From assembly GCA_002269645.1 (NCBI GenBank), contig NIVC01000059.1, positions 496,001 to 560,000 on the forward strand: a DNA stretch of 64,000 nucleotides. Reading direction: 5' to 3'. Below the pieces are notes generated by a model. It ran no database searches. It was not told the origin of the DNA and worked only from the letters and a program-made list of their open reading frames with translations. The position numbers were made by a program, and so were the translations under genes. Of this stretch, positions 62,578-64,000 are shown in pieces (position 1 is the first letter of the stretch; each line of letters opens with the position of its first letter). This stretch comes from Macrostomum lignano (lineage: Eukaryota).

Positions 62578-62772
62578 ATGGCCATTTTAAAAGATTCGGT
62601 AAACTTAATTTTTGTCACGCTTTTTAGCATAGCAAATTTGACGAGTGGTCAAACAGTCAGTAGTGACAGCAGCGCAAACTCCTCGGCACTTTTAATCACC
62701 TGTTATAGCTGTCAGAATTGTCCAACTGTTGATCATAATTCGACACCACAGGCTACAGGACGATACTGCGTT
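62578..62772 (+). CDS. First coding exon of a second Ly6/three-finger paralogue; the rest is not in the window
   Basis: Signal peptide MAILKDSVNLIFVTLFSIANLTSG, then LITCYSCQNC..GRYCV. Phase-0 donor GTT|GTAAGT at the same protein position as in the minus-strand paralogue. Confidence 0.8.
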
Positions 62773-62949
62773 GTAAGTTTATTTGGAAAACTGTATGAGT
62801 TTAAAGAAGTTGAAACTAGTTTTTTTATGTATTGTGTTGCTTCATTGGCTGAATAATAAATTACATATAGGAATTGGTACAGGCTTTAATTTGAATGTCT
62901 TATCGAGTTAGTGCCAAACAGAATAAATGACTTCTCTGTGTAGACGCCA

Positions 62950-63640
62950 AATGTGACGAATCTGAATTAGAAACCCAATATGACGTCTAAAACACCCAAT
63001 GTGACGCTCTCAAGATCGACACCCAATGTAATGTCTCTCCAATCACCCAATGTGACGTCTCTCTAGTCACCCAATGTGACATCTCTCAAGACATCCAATG
63101 TGACGTCTCTCTAGTCACCCAATGTGACGTCTCTCAAGACACCCAATGTGACGTCTCTCCAGTCACCCAATGTGACGTCTCTCAAGACACCCAATGTGAC
63201 GTCTCTCAAGACACCCAATGTGACGTCTCTCTAGTCACCCAATGTGACATCTCTCAAGACACCCAATGTGACGTCTCTCCAGTCACCCAATGTGACGTCT
63301 CTCAAGACATCCAATGTGACGTCTCTCTAGTCACCCAATGTGACATCTCTCAAGACACCCAATGTGACGTCTCTCCAGTCACCCAATGTGACGTCTCTCA
63401 AGACACCCAATGTGACGTCTCTCTAGTCACCCAATGTGACATCTCTCAAGACATCCAATGTGACGTCTCTCTAGTCACCCAATGTGACGTCTCTCAAGAC
63501 ACCCAATGTGACGTCTCTCAAGACATTCAATGTGCTGTCTCAAGACACCCAATGTGACGTCTCTAAAGACACCCAATATGACATCTCTCAGACACCCTAT
63601 GTGACGTCGCTCCAGTCACCTAATTGGACGTCTCTCTAAT
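62950..63640. repeat. 24-bp minisatellite in intron of the plus-strand Ly6 gene
   Basis: Unit ACCCAATGTGACGTCTCTCAAGAC. Confidence 0.95.
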
Positions 63641-63652
63641 CACACAGTGAGC

Positions 63653-64000
63653 TGTGGTGACTGCGTTTCGCTTTCTGTGCAGAGTGGGGGATGGGGGGGC
63701 TGTCTCTCTTTCTCTCTCTCTCTCGGATTGTACTCGCGCATGTGCATACTCTGGAGCGCGAGCACGCCAGAGGTAGCGGCTGATTGGTCAGCCTAGTCAG
63801 GCTGGAAAATAAACTGGTATTTATTGAGAGAGCTAGGCTTGGCCAGCTCTAAGAAGTTTTTTCTCTCTGCAAGCCACACAGACTTTGTTACAGTGGCGAC
63901 GAGGTGACTAATGGCCACGGGCCTACTGTGTAGCATCGGTCCATTTGAACCTGAAAATGAGGACTGGCTGCAGTACAAGGAAAGAGTGGAGCAAGTTTTC
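63653..64000 (+). mobile_element. 5' end of a second Ty3/Gypsy element: LTR, PBS and gag start
   Basis: Putative LTR 63653-63892 (TG..CA, AATAAA; left edge uncertain). PBS TGGCGACGAGG at 63894. Gag from ATG 63911: MATGLLCSIGPFEPENEDWLQYKERVEQVF. Confidence 0.85.

Noticed and set aside
58707-62772. One Ly6 gene split by an inversion or joined by trans-splicing (plus exon ending YCV fits minus exon starting KIV)
   Set aside because: The minus gene's own exons 1 and 2 were found (61727-61685, 60772-60675), so these are two paralogues.

Overview
Eukaryotic, intron-containing invertebrate DNA, very rich in tandem repeats. The style (short coding exons, minisatellite-filled introns) suggests a flatworm such as Macrostomum, but that is an inference. 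Genes reconstructed by hand from splice sites and protein motifs: first exon of a claudin/PMP22-like gene (-), UBE2S (+, 3 exons), TIM22 (+, 2 exons), Cullin-4 (+, 6 exons), a CNBD2-like cyclic-nucleotide-binding protein (-, about 10 exons), a secreted F-type lectin/PAN protein (-, 4 exons), and a head-to-head pair of Ly6/three-finger genes. Mobile DNA: a piggyBac with one frameshift, three hAT MITEs, a Mutator-like MITE, a young internally deleted Ty3/Gypsy element, the start of a second Gypsy, a LINE relic, two tRNA-derived CORE-like SINEs and a Crypton relic. Most long six-frame ORFs are tandem-repeat artefacts. There is no CRISPR array. The most striking structure is an 809-bp insertion with a 12-bp TSD in Ly6 intron 1. 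It has two perfect 170-bp inverted arms, each carrying a minimal Penelope-type hammerhead ribozyme, around a copy of Crypton sequence also found in the next intron.
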